A stretch of DNA of 64,000 nt from an uncultured Clostridia bacterium (GTDB lineage: Bacteria > Bacillota > Clostridia > Christensenellales > UBA3700), in the NCBI GenBank assembly GCA_947038565.1, contig CAMQWP010000003.1:85183-149182 (forward strand). Direction: 5' to 3'. This document shows, piece after piece, positions 41,258 through 49,420 of this stretch. Made by a program: the position numbers and the translations under genes. The notes below the pieces were generated by a model. The model searched no databases. It was not told the DNA's origin and worked only from the letters and a program-made list of their open reading frames with translations. How positions within the stretch are numbered: the stretch's first letter is position 1; each line of letters opens with the position of its first letter.

Positions 41258-41291
41258 CAAAAAATGACCCAAGCTATACCGCTTAGGTCAT
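41258..41291 (-). terminator. rho-independent terminator after tuf
   Basis: On the minus strand: ATGACCTAAGC, loop, GCTTGGGTCAT (11 bp including one G-U), followed by TTTTTT. Confidence 0.8.
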
Positions 41292-41343
41292 TAGTTTATT
41301 TAATATTAGTTCGCCTTAAAGGCTGGATAGCGTTAGCTATTAA

Positions 41344-42546
41344 TTACTTAATAATGCTCGCAACTACACCAGATCCTACAGTTCTACCACCCTCACGGAT
41401 AGCGAAACGTAGACCTTCTTCGATAGCGATTGGAGTGATAAGCTCGATTTTCATATCGATGTTATCACCAGGCATAACCATCTCAACTCCCTCTGGAAGT
41501 TTGATAGAACCTGTAACGTCAGTAGTTCTGAAGTAGAACTGTGGACGGTAACCATCAAAGAATGGAGTATGACGACCACCCTCAGAAGCAGTTAGTACGT
41601 ATACTTGTGACTCGAAAGCTGTATGAGGCTTGATAGTACCAGCCTTACATAAAACTTGACCACGCTCGATATCAGTTCTCTGGATACCACGAAGTAGAAC
41701 ACCTACGTTATCACCAGCATAAGCCTCGTCAAGAAGCTTTCTGAACATCTCGATACCAGTACAAGTAGTCTCTACTGTATCACGGATACCAACGATTGTA
41801 ACTTTATCTTGTATGTGTAAGCTACCACGCTCAATTCTACCTGTAGCAACAGTTCCACGACCAGTGATAGTGAAAACGTCCTCAACTGGCATTAGGAAAG
41901 GCTTATCAGTGTCACGCTCTGGAGTAGGAATATAGCTATCAACAGCGGCAAGAAGCTCGCCGATACATTTACAACATTCAGCATCTGCGTTACCAGCTGC
42001 AGCAGCTTCAAGAGCTTTAACAGCAGAACCCATGATAACTGGAGTATCATCGCCTGGGAAGTTGTAATCAGAAAGAAGATCACGGATCTCCATCTCAACT
42101 AACTCAAGTAGCTCTTCATCATCAACAAGATCTGTCTTGTTCATGAAAACAACGATGTAAGGAACACCAACCTGACGTGCAAGTAGGATATGCTCACGAG
42201 TCTGAGGCATAGGACCATCAGTAGAAGCAACAACTAGGATAGCGCCGTCCATTTGAGCAGCACCAGTGATCATGTTCTTAACATAATCGGCATGTCCAGG
42301 ACAGTCAACGTGTGCATAGTGACGAGTCTCAGTCTGATACTCAACGTGTGCAGTGTTGATAGTGATACCACGCTCTTTCTCTTCTGGAGCTTTGTCGATA
42401 TCAGCATAGTTCATCTTGTCAGCGAAGCCTCTAGCTGCACTATACATAGTTATAGCAGCAGTAAGAGTAGTCTTACCATGGTCAACGTGACCGATTGTAC
42501 CAATGTTTACGTGTGGTTTGGTTCTTTCAAATTTAGCTTTTGCCAT
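41344..42546 (-). CDS. tuf: elongation factor Tu
   Basis: [27 protein letters not shown]…. Start moved to ATG 42546 with a GGAGGA RBS. Confidence 0.97.
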   Translation of the reverse strand: MAKAKFERTKPHVNIGTIGHVDHGKTTLTAAITMYSAARGFADKMNYADIDKAPEEKERGITINTAHVEYQTETRHYAHVDCPGHADYVKNMITGAAQMDGAILVVASTDGPMPQTREHILLARQVGVPYIVVFMNKTDLVDDEELLELVEMEIRDLLSDYNFPGDDTPVIMGSAVKALEAAAAGNADAECCKCIGELLAAVDSYIPTPERDTDKPFLMPVEDVFTITGRGTVATGRIERGSLHIQDKVTIVGIRDTVETTCTGIEMFRKLLDEAYAGDNVGVLLRGIQRTDIERGQVLCKAGTIKPHTAFESQVYVLTASEGGRHTPFFDGYRPQFYFRTTDVTGSIKLPEGVEMVMPGDNIDMKIELITPIAIEEGLRFAIREGGRTVGSGVVASIIK

Positions 42547-42687
42547 TTTTGTAAATCCTCCTAAATAATTCAATTTAATTAATTATATTTGTTTATTAAT
42601 TTGCTATATATAATATACACTAGCTTAAGCCACGATATGCAACTAAAGCTAGTAATTATATAATATTTTACTACATCTTAAGATGAC

Positions 42688-44769
42688 TTATACAGTCGCC
42701 TTATTTCTCTCACCGATAATCTTCTCAGATATACTCTTAGGTACTTCAGCGTAGTGTGAGAATTGCATTGAGAATCCTGCACGACCTTGTGATGTACTTC
42801 TTAAAGCAGTTGCATATCCAAACATTTCACTTAGAGGTACGTCAGCAGAAATAGCTTGATCTCCACCACGAACTTCCATAGTTTTAATGCTACCACGACG
42901 AGCATTGATAGTACCAAGAACGTCACCTAAATACTCCTCAGGAGTAACAACGTCAACGGCCATCATAGGCTCTAGTAGACAAGGATTACCTTTCTTAGCA
43001 GCTTCTCTTAGTGCCATACTACCAGCGATTTTGAACGCCATCTCTGATGAGTCAACGTCATGGTAAGAACCATCGTTAATAGTAACATGGAAATCAACTA
43101 GCTCATAGCCAGCGATAACACCACTTAAAGCAGCCTCGCGGATACCTTTCTCGATTGCTGGAACATACTCTTTTGGAATAGAACCACCAACAGTTTTATC
43201 AATGATAACAATGCCCGAACCTTGCTCACCTGGAGACAAAGTAATACGACAGTGACCATACTGACCTGAACCACCTGACTGACGAATGAATTTACCTTCA
43301 GCGTCAACCTTGTTACGAACAGACTCACGATAAGCAACCTGTGGCTCACCAACGGTAGCCTCAACCTTAAACTCACGAAGCATTCTATCTACGATGATTT
43401 CTAGGTGAAGCTCACCCATACCAGCGATGATAGTTTGTCCAGTTTCTTGATCTGTGTAAGTCTTGAAAGTTGGATCTTCTTCAGCTAGTTTAACTAGTGC
43501 CATACCCATTCTATCTTGACTTGCTTTAGACTTAGGCTCGATAGCTACTTTGATAACTGGCTCTGGGAAATCCATACTCTCTAAACAAATAGGGTTATCT
43601 ATATCACAAAGTGTATCACCAGTAGTAGTATCTTTAAGACCTACTATAGCTACGATATCACCAGCGTATACTTCGCTAACATCAGTTCTAGTATTTGAGT
43701 GCATACGAACGATACGTCCGATACGCTCTTTCTTACCCTTAGTAGCATTGTAAACATAAGAACCAGTAGTAAGTTTACCACTGTATAATCTAAAGAATGC
43801 AAGTCTACCGAAAGGATCAGTAACTATTTTGAATGCAAGACCTGCCATAGGCTGATCATCAGCAGATAAACGTTGCTCATCTTCGCCAGTATCAGGATTA
43901 GTACCGCTGATATGTGGAACGTCAAGAGGAGTAGGAAGTAAATCAACGATAGCATCCATAAGAGCTTGAACGCCCTTATTACGATAAGCACTACCACAGT
44001 AAACTGGAGTAACTGTCATCGCGATGGTAGCCTTACGAAGTGCTTCCATTATCTCTTCAACAGAAATATCTTCGCCTTCTAAGAACTTGTCCATCATAGC
44101 ATCGTCATAATCTGAAAGTGCCTCGATAAGAATCTCACGACCCTCATTAGCTCTATCGATCATATCCTCTGGGATAGGTCTGATATCAAACTCTTTACCC
44201 TCTTTATCAGTATAAACAATAGCATGCATGTGGACAAGATCAACTTGACCAGCAAAATATTCTTCTTTACCGATAGGGATTTGGATAGGTACTGCATTAG
44301 CCTTCAAACGAGTTCTCATCATCTGAACAACCATATCAAAGTCAGCACCTTGGCGATCCATCTTATTGACAAACGCAATACGAGGAACGCTATATTTAGT
44401 AGCCTGTCTCCAAACTGTCTCAGACTGTGGCTCAACACCACTCTTAGCACAGAATAAAGCCACGGCACCATCTAGTACACGTAAGCTACGCTCAACTTCA
44501 ACAGTGAAGTCAACGTGCCCTGGAGTATCAATAAGATTGATACGAGTATCTCTCCACTCAGTAGAAGTAGCAGCAGAAGTGATAGTAATACCACGCTCTT
44601 GCTCTTGAACCATCCAGTCCATTGTTGCGCCACCGTCATGAGTCTCACCGATCTTGTGAACACGACCAGTGTAAAATAGAATACGCTCTGAAATAGTAGT
44701 TTTACCAGCATCTATATGTGCCATGATACCTATATTTCTAGTATTCTCTAACGAAAACTCTCTTGGCAT
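42688..44769 (-). CDS. fusA: elongation factor G
   Basis: 693 aa; [15 protein letters not shown] domain; position between rpsG and tuf. Confidence 0.97.
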   Translation of the reverse strand: MPREFSLENTRNIGIMAHIDAGKTTISERILFYTGRVHKIGETHDGGATMDWMVQEQERGITITSAATSTEWRDTRINLIDTPGHVDFTVEVERSLRVLDGAVALFCAKSGVEPQSETVWRQATKYSVPRIAFVNKMDRQGADFDMVVQMMRTRLKANAVPIQIPIGKEEYFAGQVDLVHMHAIVYTDKEGKEFDIRPIPEDMIDRANEGREILIEALSDYDDAMMDKFLEGEDISVEEIMEALRKATIAMTVTPVYCGSAYRNKGVQALMDAIVDLLPTPLDVPHISGTNPDTGEDEQRLSADDQPMAGLAFKIVTDPFGRLAFFRLYSGKLTTGSYVYNATKGKKERIGRIVRMHSNTRTDVSEVYAGDIVAIVGLKDTTTGDTLCDIDNPICLESMDFPEPVIKVAIEPKSKASQDRMGMALVKLAEEDPTFKTYTDQETGQTIIAGMGELHLEIIVDRMLREFKVEATVGEPQVAYRESVRNKVDAEGKFIRQSGGSGQYGHCRITLSPGEQGSGIVIIDKTVGGSIPKEYVPAIEKGIREAALSGVIAGYELVDFHVTINDGSYHDVDSSEMAFKIAGSMALREAAKKGNPCLLEPMMAVDVVTPEEYLGDVLGTINARRGSIKTMEVRGGDQAISADVPLSEMFGYATALRSTSQGRAGFSMQFSHYAEVPKSISEKIIGERNKATV

Positions 44770-44798
44770 AATGCCCTCCTGTAATTATAAATAAAATC

Positions 44799-45269
44799 CT
44801 ACCAACGGTAGTGAGCAAATGCTTTGTTTGCTTCAGCCATTCTGTGCATATCTTCTTTCTTCTTAACAGAATTTCCTGAATTGTTATAAGCATCCATCAA
44901 CTCGCCAGCTAGACGCTCCATTGTAGTCTTCTCATTACGCTTTCTAGCGAATAAAACAACCCAACGAATTGCTAGTGTTTGTCTTCTCTCAGTTCTGATC
45001 TCGATAGGTACTTGGTAAGTTGAACCACCTACACGACGAGCTTTAACTTCAAGAACAGGCTTTACGTTCTCAATTGCTTGAGTGAAAACCTCCATAGGCT
45101 CTAAGCCTGTTTTGTTCTTTATTATTTCAAATGCTCCATAAACTATATTTTGAGCAGTTCCTCTCTTACCGTCAAGCATGATCTGGTTAACTAGTTTAGT
45201 TATAACCTTACTGCTGTGTATTGGATCAGGAAGAACATCTCTCTTGGGAACACCACTTCTTCTTGGCAT
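44799..45269 (-). CDS. rpsG: 30S ribosomal protein S7
   Basis: 156 aa; MPRR…VLPDP… and C-terminal …AFAHYRW. Confidence 0.97.
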   Translation of the reverse strand: MPRRSGVPKRDVLPDPIHSSKVITKLVNQIMLDGKRGTAQNIVYGAFEIIKNKTGLEPMEVFTQAIENVKPVLEVKARRVGGSTYQVPIEIRTERRQTLAIRWVVLFARKRNEKTTMERLAGELMDAYNNSGNSVKKKEDMHRMAEANKAFAHYRW

Positions 45270-45367
45270 AATTAATTACCTCCATTAAAATTTTTTTGAT
45301 CATTCCAAAATAGCACTAAGCTATTAATGATCGTATAAAGTTGCTTTTATACATCCGATTTGCTAGT

Positions 45368-45739
45368 TTATTTAGGGCGCTTAGCACCGTACTTTGATCT
45401 AGACTGTTTACGATTAGCGACACCGCTTGCATCAAGAGTACCACGAATAATGTGATATCTAACACCCGGTAAATCTCTAACCTTACCACCACGTATCAAA
45501 ACTACGCTATGCTCTTGAAGATTGTGACCGATACCTGGAATGTATACAGTACCCTCTTGACCGTTTACAAGACGAATTCTTGCAATTTTACGCAAAGCTG
45601 AGTTTGGTTTCTTAGGGGAAGTAGTAGTAACAGTAAGGCAAACACCACGCTTCTGAGGACATGCGTCCATGATTGGAGCATTGCTTTTTCTTACTTTGTC
45701 TTTTCTTCCTTGTCTAATTAATTGGTTAATAGTTGGCAT
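45368..45739 (-). CDS. rpsL: 30S ribosomal protein S12
   Basis: 123 aa; MPTINQLIR…[10 protein letters not shown]…. Confidence 0.97.
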   Translation of the reverse strand: MPTINQLIRQGRKDKVRKSNAPIMDACPQKRGVCLTVTTTSPKKPNSALRKIARIRLVNGQEGTVYIPGIGHNLQEHSVVLIRGGKVRDLPGVRYHIIRGTLDASGVANRKQSRSKYGAKRPK

Positions 45740-45825
45740 ACTTTGGACCTCCTTGAAAAAATATAAATAATCGGATGAGTCTATCCAGCAACCCCTTGAA
45801 GGATAAATCTCAATTTAACATGCTA

Positions 45826-46077
45826 CTACTTTAGTATACCGACTACCGCACAGGCAACATCAATCCCGCATAACTTGCCTAGTTTGTGTTTACCACAAAC
45901 AGTCTGGACAAGAATATCCTTTGTTGATACTGCGTCTGAAATAGCACGCATTACAAAGTCATCGCTATCACAAGATACGAGAACACACCGAACCGCATCA
46001 TTTGTGACGCCCGCCAAAACTTGTTTTAATCCAACAAGCCTTGATGAGTTTTTAATAAGAATAGTATAGTCTTGCAT
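45826..46077 (-). CDS. L7Ae-family ribosome-associated protein (YbxF/RplGB-like)
   Basis: 83 aa. Sits directly upstream of rpsL as in Bacillus ybxF. GTGAGGTG RBS. Confidence 0.7.
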   Translation of the reverse strand: MQDYTILIKNSSRLVGLKQVLAGVTNDAVRCVLVSCDSDDFVMRAISDAVSTKDILVQTVCGKHKLGKLCGIDVACAVVGILK

Positions 46078-46119
46078 AACACCTCACTAGATATTAAGCA
46101 TAATTATCCTATATAGGGT

Positions 46120-46148
46120 ATTCTAACAACTTTCAAGCAAATTGTCAA
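46120..46148 (-). promoter_or_regulatory. promoter of the L7Ae-rpsL-rpsG-fusA-tuf operon
   Basis: On the minus strand: TTGACA (46148-46143), 17-nt spacer, TAGAAT (46125-46120), about 40 nt upstream of the L7Ae ATG. Confidence 0.65.
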
Positions 46149-46239
46149 ACAAAATGCGACCATTTATTAAATAAAAGTCAAAAAGATTTCATTATCATAC
46201 CACTTTTATAGAATTACTCATATCATATTGTATTTTGTA

Positions 46240-46272
46240 GATAAAAACGGCTAAAAACAAGTAAATTTAGCC
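46240..46272 (-). terminator. orphan minus-strand intrinsic terminator
   Basis: On the minus strand: GGCTAAA (46272-46266), 10-nt loop, TTTAGCC (46255-46249), followed by GTTTTTATC. No annotated gene lies directly upstream of it. Confidence 0.5.
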
Positions 46273-46581
46273 TAAAAACAACTAAACTACCTTTCGCATT
46301 AAAAATGCAAAATAATAGTATATATATATAATAGTTATATTAATAACCATATATAATGCTAAAACGAATTGAATATTTAAATATTTATTTAAGACAGCAT
46401 AATGCAGAGTTTTTTAAACTTACAAAGCCGTTATACATGGTGATTTGATAAAGTATTAGAGAGTAATACTCTAAACCTACTGCTTAAACTTGGAATGCTT
46501 CAAACTCTCACTGATAAGTTATAATATTTGAAAACTTTATCACAATATTATATTTAAAATTATAAAGTTGAATTAATAGTG

Positions 46582-47101
46582 TAACGTTGATATTATCTCT
46601 TATCTCATACGCTGTCTATTTTCATATTGTATATGATTTCTTATTATCTCTATCTCTGTATTTTCTTACGCTCTGTATTCCCTTAATGTCTTATTATCTC
46701 TCATTCCCTGTATTCCATTACTCTCTTATTCTCATATGGTATTTAAAAAAGGATTAGAGTGTGTGCTTGGCAAGGAATAAATTGCAAACCCTAAAGGAGC
46801 GTACATATGGTACGTGACTGCGATGATGACAACACACTTAAAGCCCACAATATTGCCCTTGAAGATATAACGTTGATATTTTCTCTTATTCTCATACGCT
46901 GTCTACTTTCATATTGTATATGATTTCTTAATCCCTGTATTTTCTTACTCTCTTATTCTCATATGGTATTTAAAAAAAGGATTAGAGTGCGTGCTAGGCA
47001 AGGAATAAATTGCAAACCATAAAGGAGCGTACATATGGTACGTGACTGCGATGGTTTGTGATTTAATGACGACGCATAGTGCGTGCTATAATCCTTTTTT
47101 T
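46582..47101. repeat. two tandem copies (286 and ~233 bp) of a structured non-coding element
   Basis: TAACGTTGATATT… restarts at 46582 and 46868. The shared core …CTCTTATTCTCATATGGTATTTAAAAAAGGATTAGAGTG.GTGCT.GGCAAGGAATAAATTGCAAACC.TAAAGGAGCGTACATATGGTACGTGACTGCGATG is present at about 46725-46824 and 46958-47052. Confidence 0.9.
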
Positions 47102-48161
47102 AGTCTGTAATTTTAACACTAGCACTAGCATCAAGATCTATATCGGAACACAAACCGCCGTTTCTAACTAGTATCCTAGCTTCGCTTGCTATCATACCCG
47201 CGTTATCGGTACAAAGTATCAAAGGCGGATAGATTATATTAATACCGCAAGCACCGCACTTGTCGCTCATTGATTGCCTTAGAAGTTTATTAGACCCTAC
47301 GCCACCAGCTATTACGATAGTCTTGATATTGTGTTCTTTTGCTGCCCTCATGGTATTGTCTACCATCATGCCTATTGCACGAGCTTGAAAGCTACATGCT
47401 ACATCAGCGCGAGAGTACTCTTCGCCTTTTTGCTCGTGGTTATGAATGTAGTTAATAACAGCAGTTTTAATCCCGCTATAACTAAAGTTATAATGTTTCT
47501 CACTTTTAAAAGGAGTTGGCATATATACACTAGGCTCGCCCTCTAAAGCAAGTCGTTCTACCTCCACACCACCTGGATAAGGAAGACCTAAAGACCTCGC
47601 TACTTTATCGAACGCCTCACCACAAGCATCATCTACTGATGTGCCTATAATCTCCACGCTGTCAAAGTCATTTACTTTAGCAATAGCCGTATGCCCACCG
47701 CTAGCGATAAGGCAAAGATAAGGCGGGGTAAGTGTAGGACAAGCTATGTAATTTGCTGCTATATGCCCCTTTATGTGATTGACTGCGATAAGCGGTTTGC
47801 CTGTAGCATAAGCTAAACTTTTCGCAAAACTAACACCTATCAAAAGTGCACCTAAAAGCCCTGCACCATAAGTTACACCGATAACGTCAATCTCGTCCAT
47901 AGTCATGCCCGCATCAGCGAGTGACTGTGAAACGACATTTTCTATTGCCATAGTATGATTACGCGACGCGATCTCTGGCACAACGCCACCAAAACGTCTA
48001 TGGATCTCTATTTGAGATGCAATGACATTAGATAATAGCTCTTCGCCACGCATGATAGCACAAGCCGTTTCGTCACAAGACGACTCAATAGCAAGGACAA
48101 TTAAATCTTCCTTGCTACGTAGTTTTTCTAGTTTTATATTAGCTGTTTCAAAATATGACAT
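47100..48161 (-). CDS. tsaD: tRNA N6-adenosine threonylcarbamoyltransferase TsaD
   Basis: 353 aa; …ILAIESSCDETACAI… and …HIKGHI… motifs. Confidence 0.93.
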   Translation of the reverse strand: MSYFETANIKLEKLRSKEDLIVLAIESSCDETACAIMRGEELLSNVIASQIEIHRRFGGVVPEIASRNHTMAIENVVSQSLADAGMTMDEIDVIGVTYGAGLLGALLIGVSFAKSLAYATGKPLIAVNHIKGHIAANYIACPTLTPPYLCLIASGGHTAIAKVNDFDSVEIIGTSVDDACGEAFDKVARSLGLPYPGGVEVERLALEGEPSVYMPTPFKSEKHYNFSYSGIKTAVINYIHNHEQKGEEYSRADVACSFQARAIGMMVDNTMRAAKEHNIKTIVIAGGVGSNKLLRQSMSDKCGACGINIIYPPLILCTDNAGMIASEARILVRNGGLCSDIDLDASASVKITD

Positions 48162-48162
48162 A

Positions 48163-49269
48163 TTACGCCTTTATAAGGTAATCTTCGATAAATCTACCTA
48201 TATCGCCGTCCATAACAGCGGAGATATTACCAGTTTCACAGCCTGTCCTATGATCCTTTGCCATTGTATAAGGACAGAAAACATACGACCTGATCTGTGA
48301 ACCCCACTCGATTTTCTTAAGATTTCCCTTGATCTCATTATCTGAGTCAATTCTATCTTGCTCTTGCTTAGCAACAAGCTTACTCTTTAGCATTTTCATT
48401 GCTTCTTCACGATTCTTTATTTGGCTTCTCTCGTTCTGACACTGTACAACAATATTTGTTGCAAGATGTGTAATACGCACAGCCGAGTCAGTAGTATTAA
48501 CGTGCTGACCACCTGCACCACCACTCCTATAAGTATCTATCCTGATATCCTCAGAATTAATAACGATAACGCCATCATCTTCTAGCTCTGGCATTACCTC
48601 TAGTGAAGAAAACGATGTATGTCTACGGCTCTGAGAGTCAAAGGGTGATATTCTAACAAGTCTATGCACGCCCTTTTCCGCCTTCAAATACCCGTAAGCA
48701 TTATCACCAGATACTATAAAAGTAACAGTCTTTATTCCTGCTTCGTCGCCATCAATCATCTCTAAAATTTTCACGCTGAAACCAGTTCGTTCTGCATATC
48801 TAGTATACATACGATAAAGCATACTTGCCCAGTCTTGAGCCTCAGTACCGCCCGCACCAGCATGCAGGGTAAGGATAGCATTATTACCATCATATTGACC
48901 TTTTAGTAATGTTTCCAATCTTAAAGCTTCGATGTCTTTCTCTAATTTTTTTATATCGTTTATAATATTCTCTGTCTCCGACTCATCGCCCTCTTCAATA
49001 TACATTTCTATAAATGCCTCAATGTCCTCAAACCTATCCATAAGCCTTGACCAGCGATTGATTTTATTTTCTGCCTGTTTACACTCTTTATTGACAGACT
49101 GTGCTTTCTGCATATCTCCCCAAAACTCAGGCTCATTCTGTACAGCCTCCAGTTCTAGCTTCCTTGCCTTTAATGTTTCTAAACCTAAAGCATTAGCCAC
49201 TCCATTAAGAGCGTCCCTTACCTTGCTTATATCTAGTGCTACTTGTTCTAATAATACCATTTTTGCCAT
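48163..49269 (-). CDS. prfB: peptide chain release factor 2 (single uninterrupted ORF)
   Basis: 368 aa with SPF tripeptide (RISPFD) and GGQ (GGAGGQHVN). Classic secA-prfB synteny. Confidence 0.93.
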   Translation of the reverse strand: MAKMVLLEQVALDISKVRDALNGVANALGLETLKARKLELEAVQNEPEFWGDMQKAQSVNKECKQAENKINRWSRLMDRFEDIEAFIEMYIEEGDESETENIINDIKKLEKDIEALRLETLLKGQYDGNNAILTLHAGAGGTEAQDWASMLYRMYTRYAERTGFSVKILEMIDGDEAGIKTVTFIVSGDNAYGYLKAEKGVHRLVRISPFDSQSRRHTSFSSLEVMPELEDDGVIVINSEDIRIDTYRSGGAGGQHVNTTDSAVRITHLATNIVVQCQNERSQIKNREEAMKMLKSKLVAKQEQDRIDSDNEIKGNLKKIEWGSQIRSYVFCPYTMAKDHRTGCETGNISAVMDGDIGRFIEDYLIKA

Positions 49270-49420
49270 CCTTTATCATCATATTATCTATCTAATTATG
49301 CTCAAGATACTATGACTGTATACTAATATCAAAGGATAGCCAACATATAATGTCACTATCCTTATGACTAGTAATTTTGATTAATTTATTATCGTGTAGA
49401 TTTTTATCGTCTAAACGTTA

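Noticed and set aside
41228-41536. 102-aa plus-strand ORF overlapping the tuf 3' end and terminator
   Set aside because: It is antisense to a highly conserved gene and spans the tuf terminator hairpin, with no independent support.
48163-49269. Programmed +1 frameshift site expected in prfB
   Set aside because: The RF2 ORF is continuous from its ATG. The N-terminal region …ANALGLETLKARKLELE… has no in-frame TGA, so this gene lacks the autoregulatory frameshift, which is known to be absent in a fraction of bacteria.
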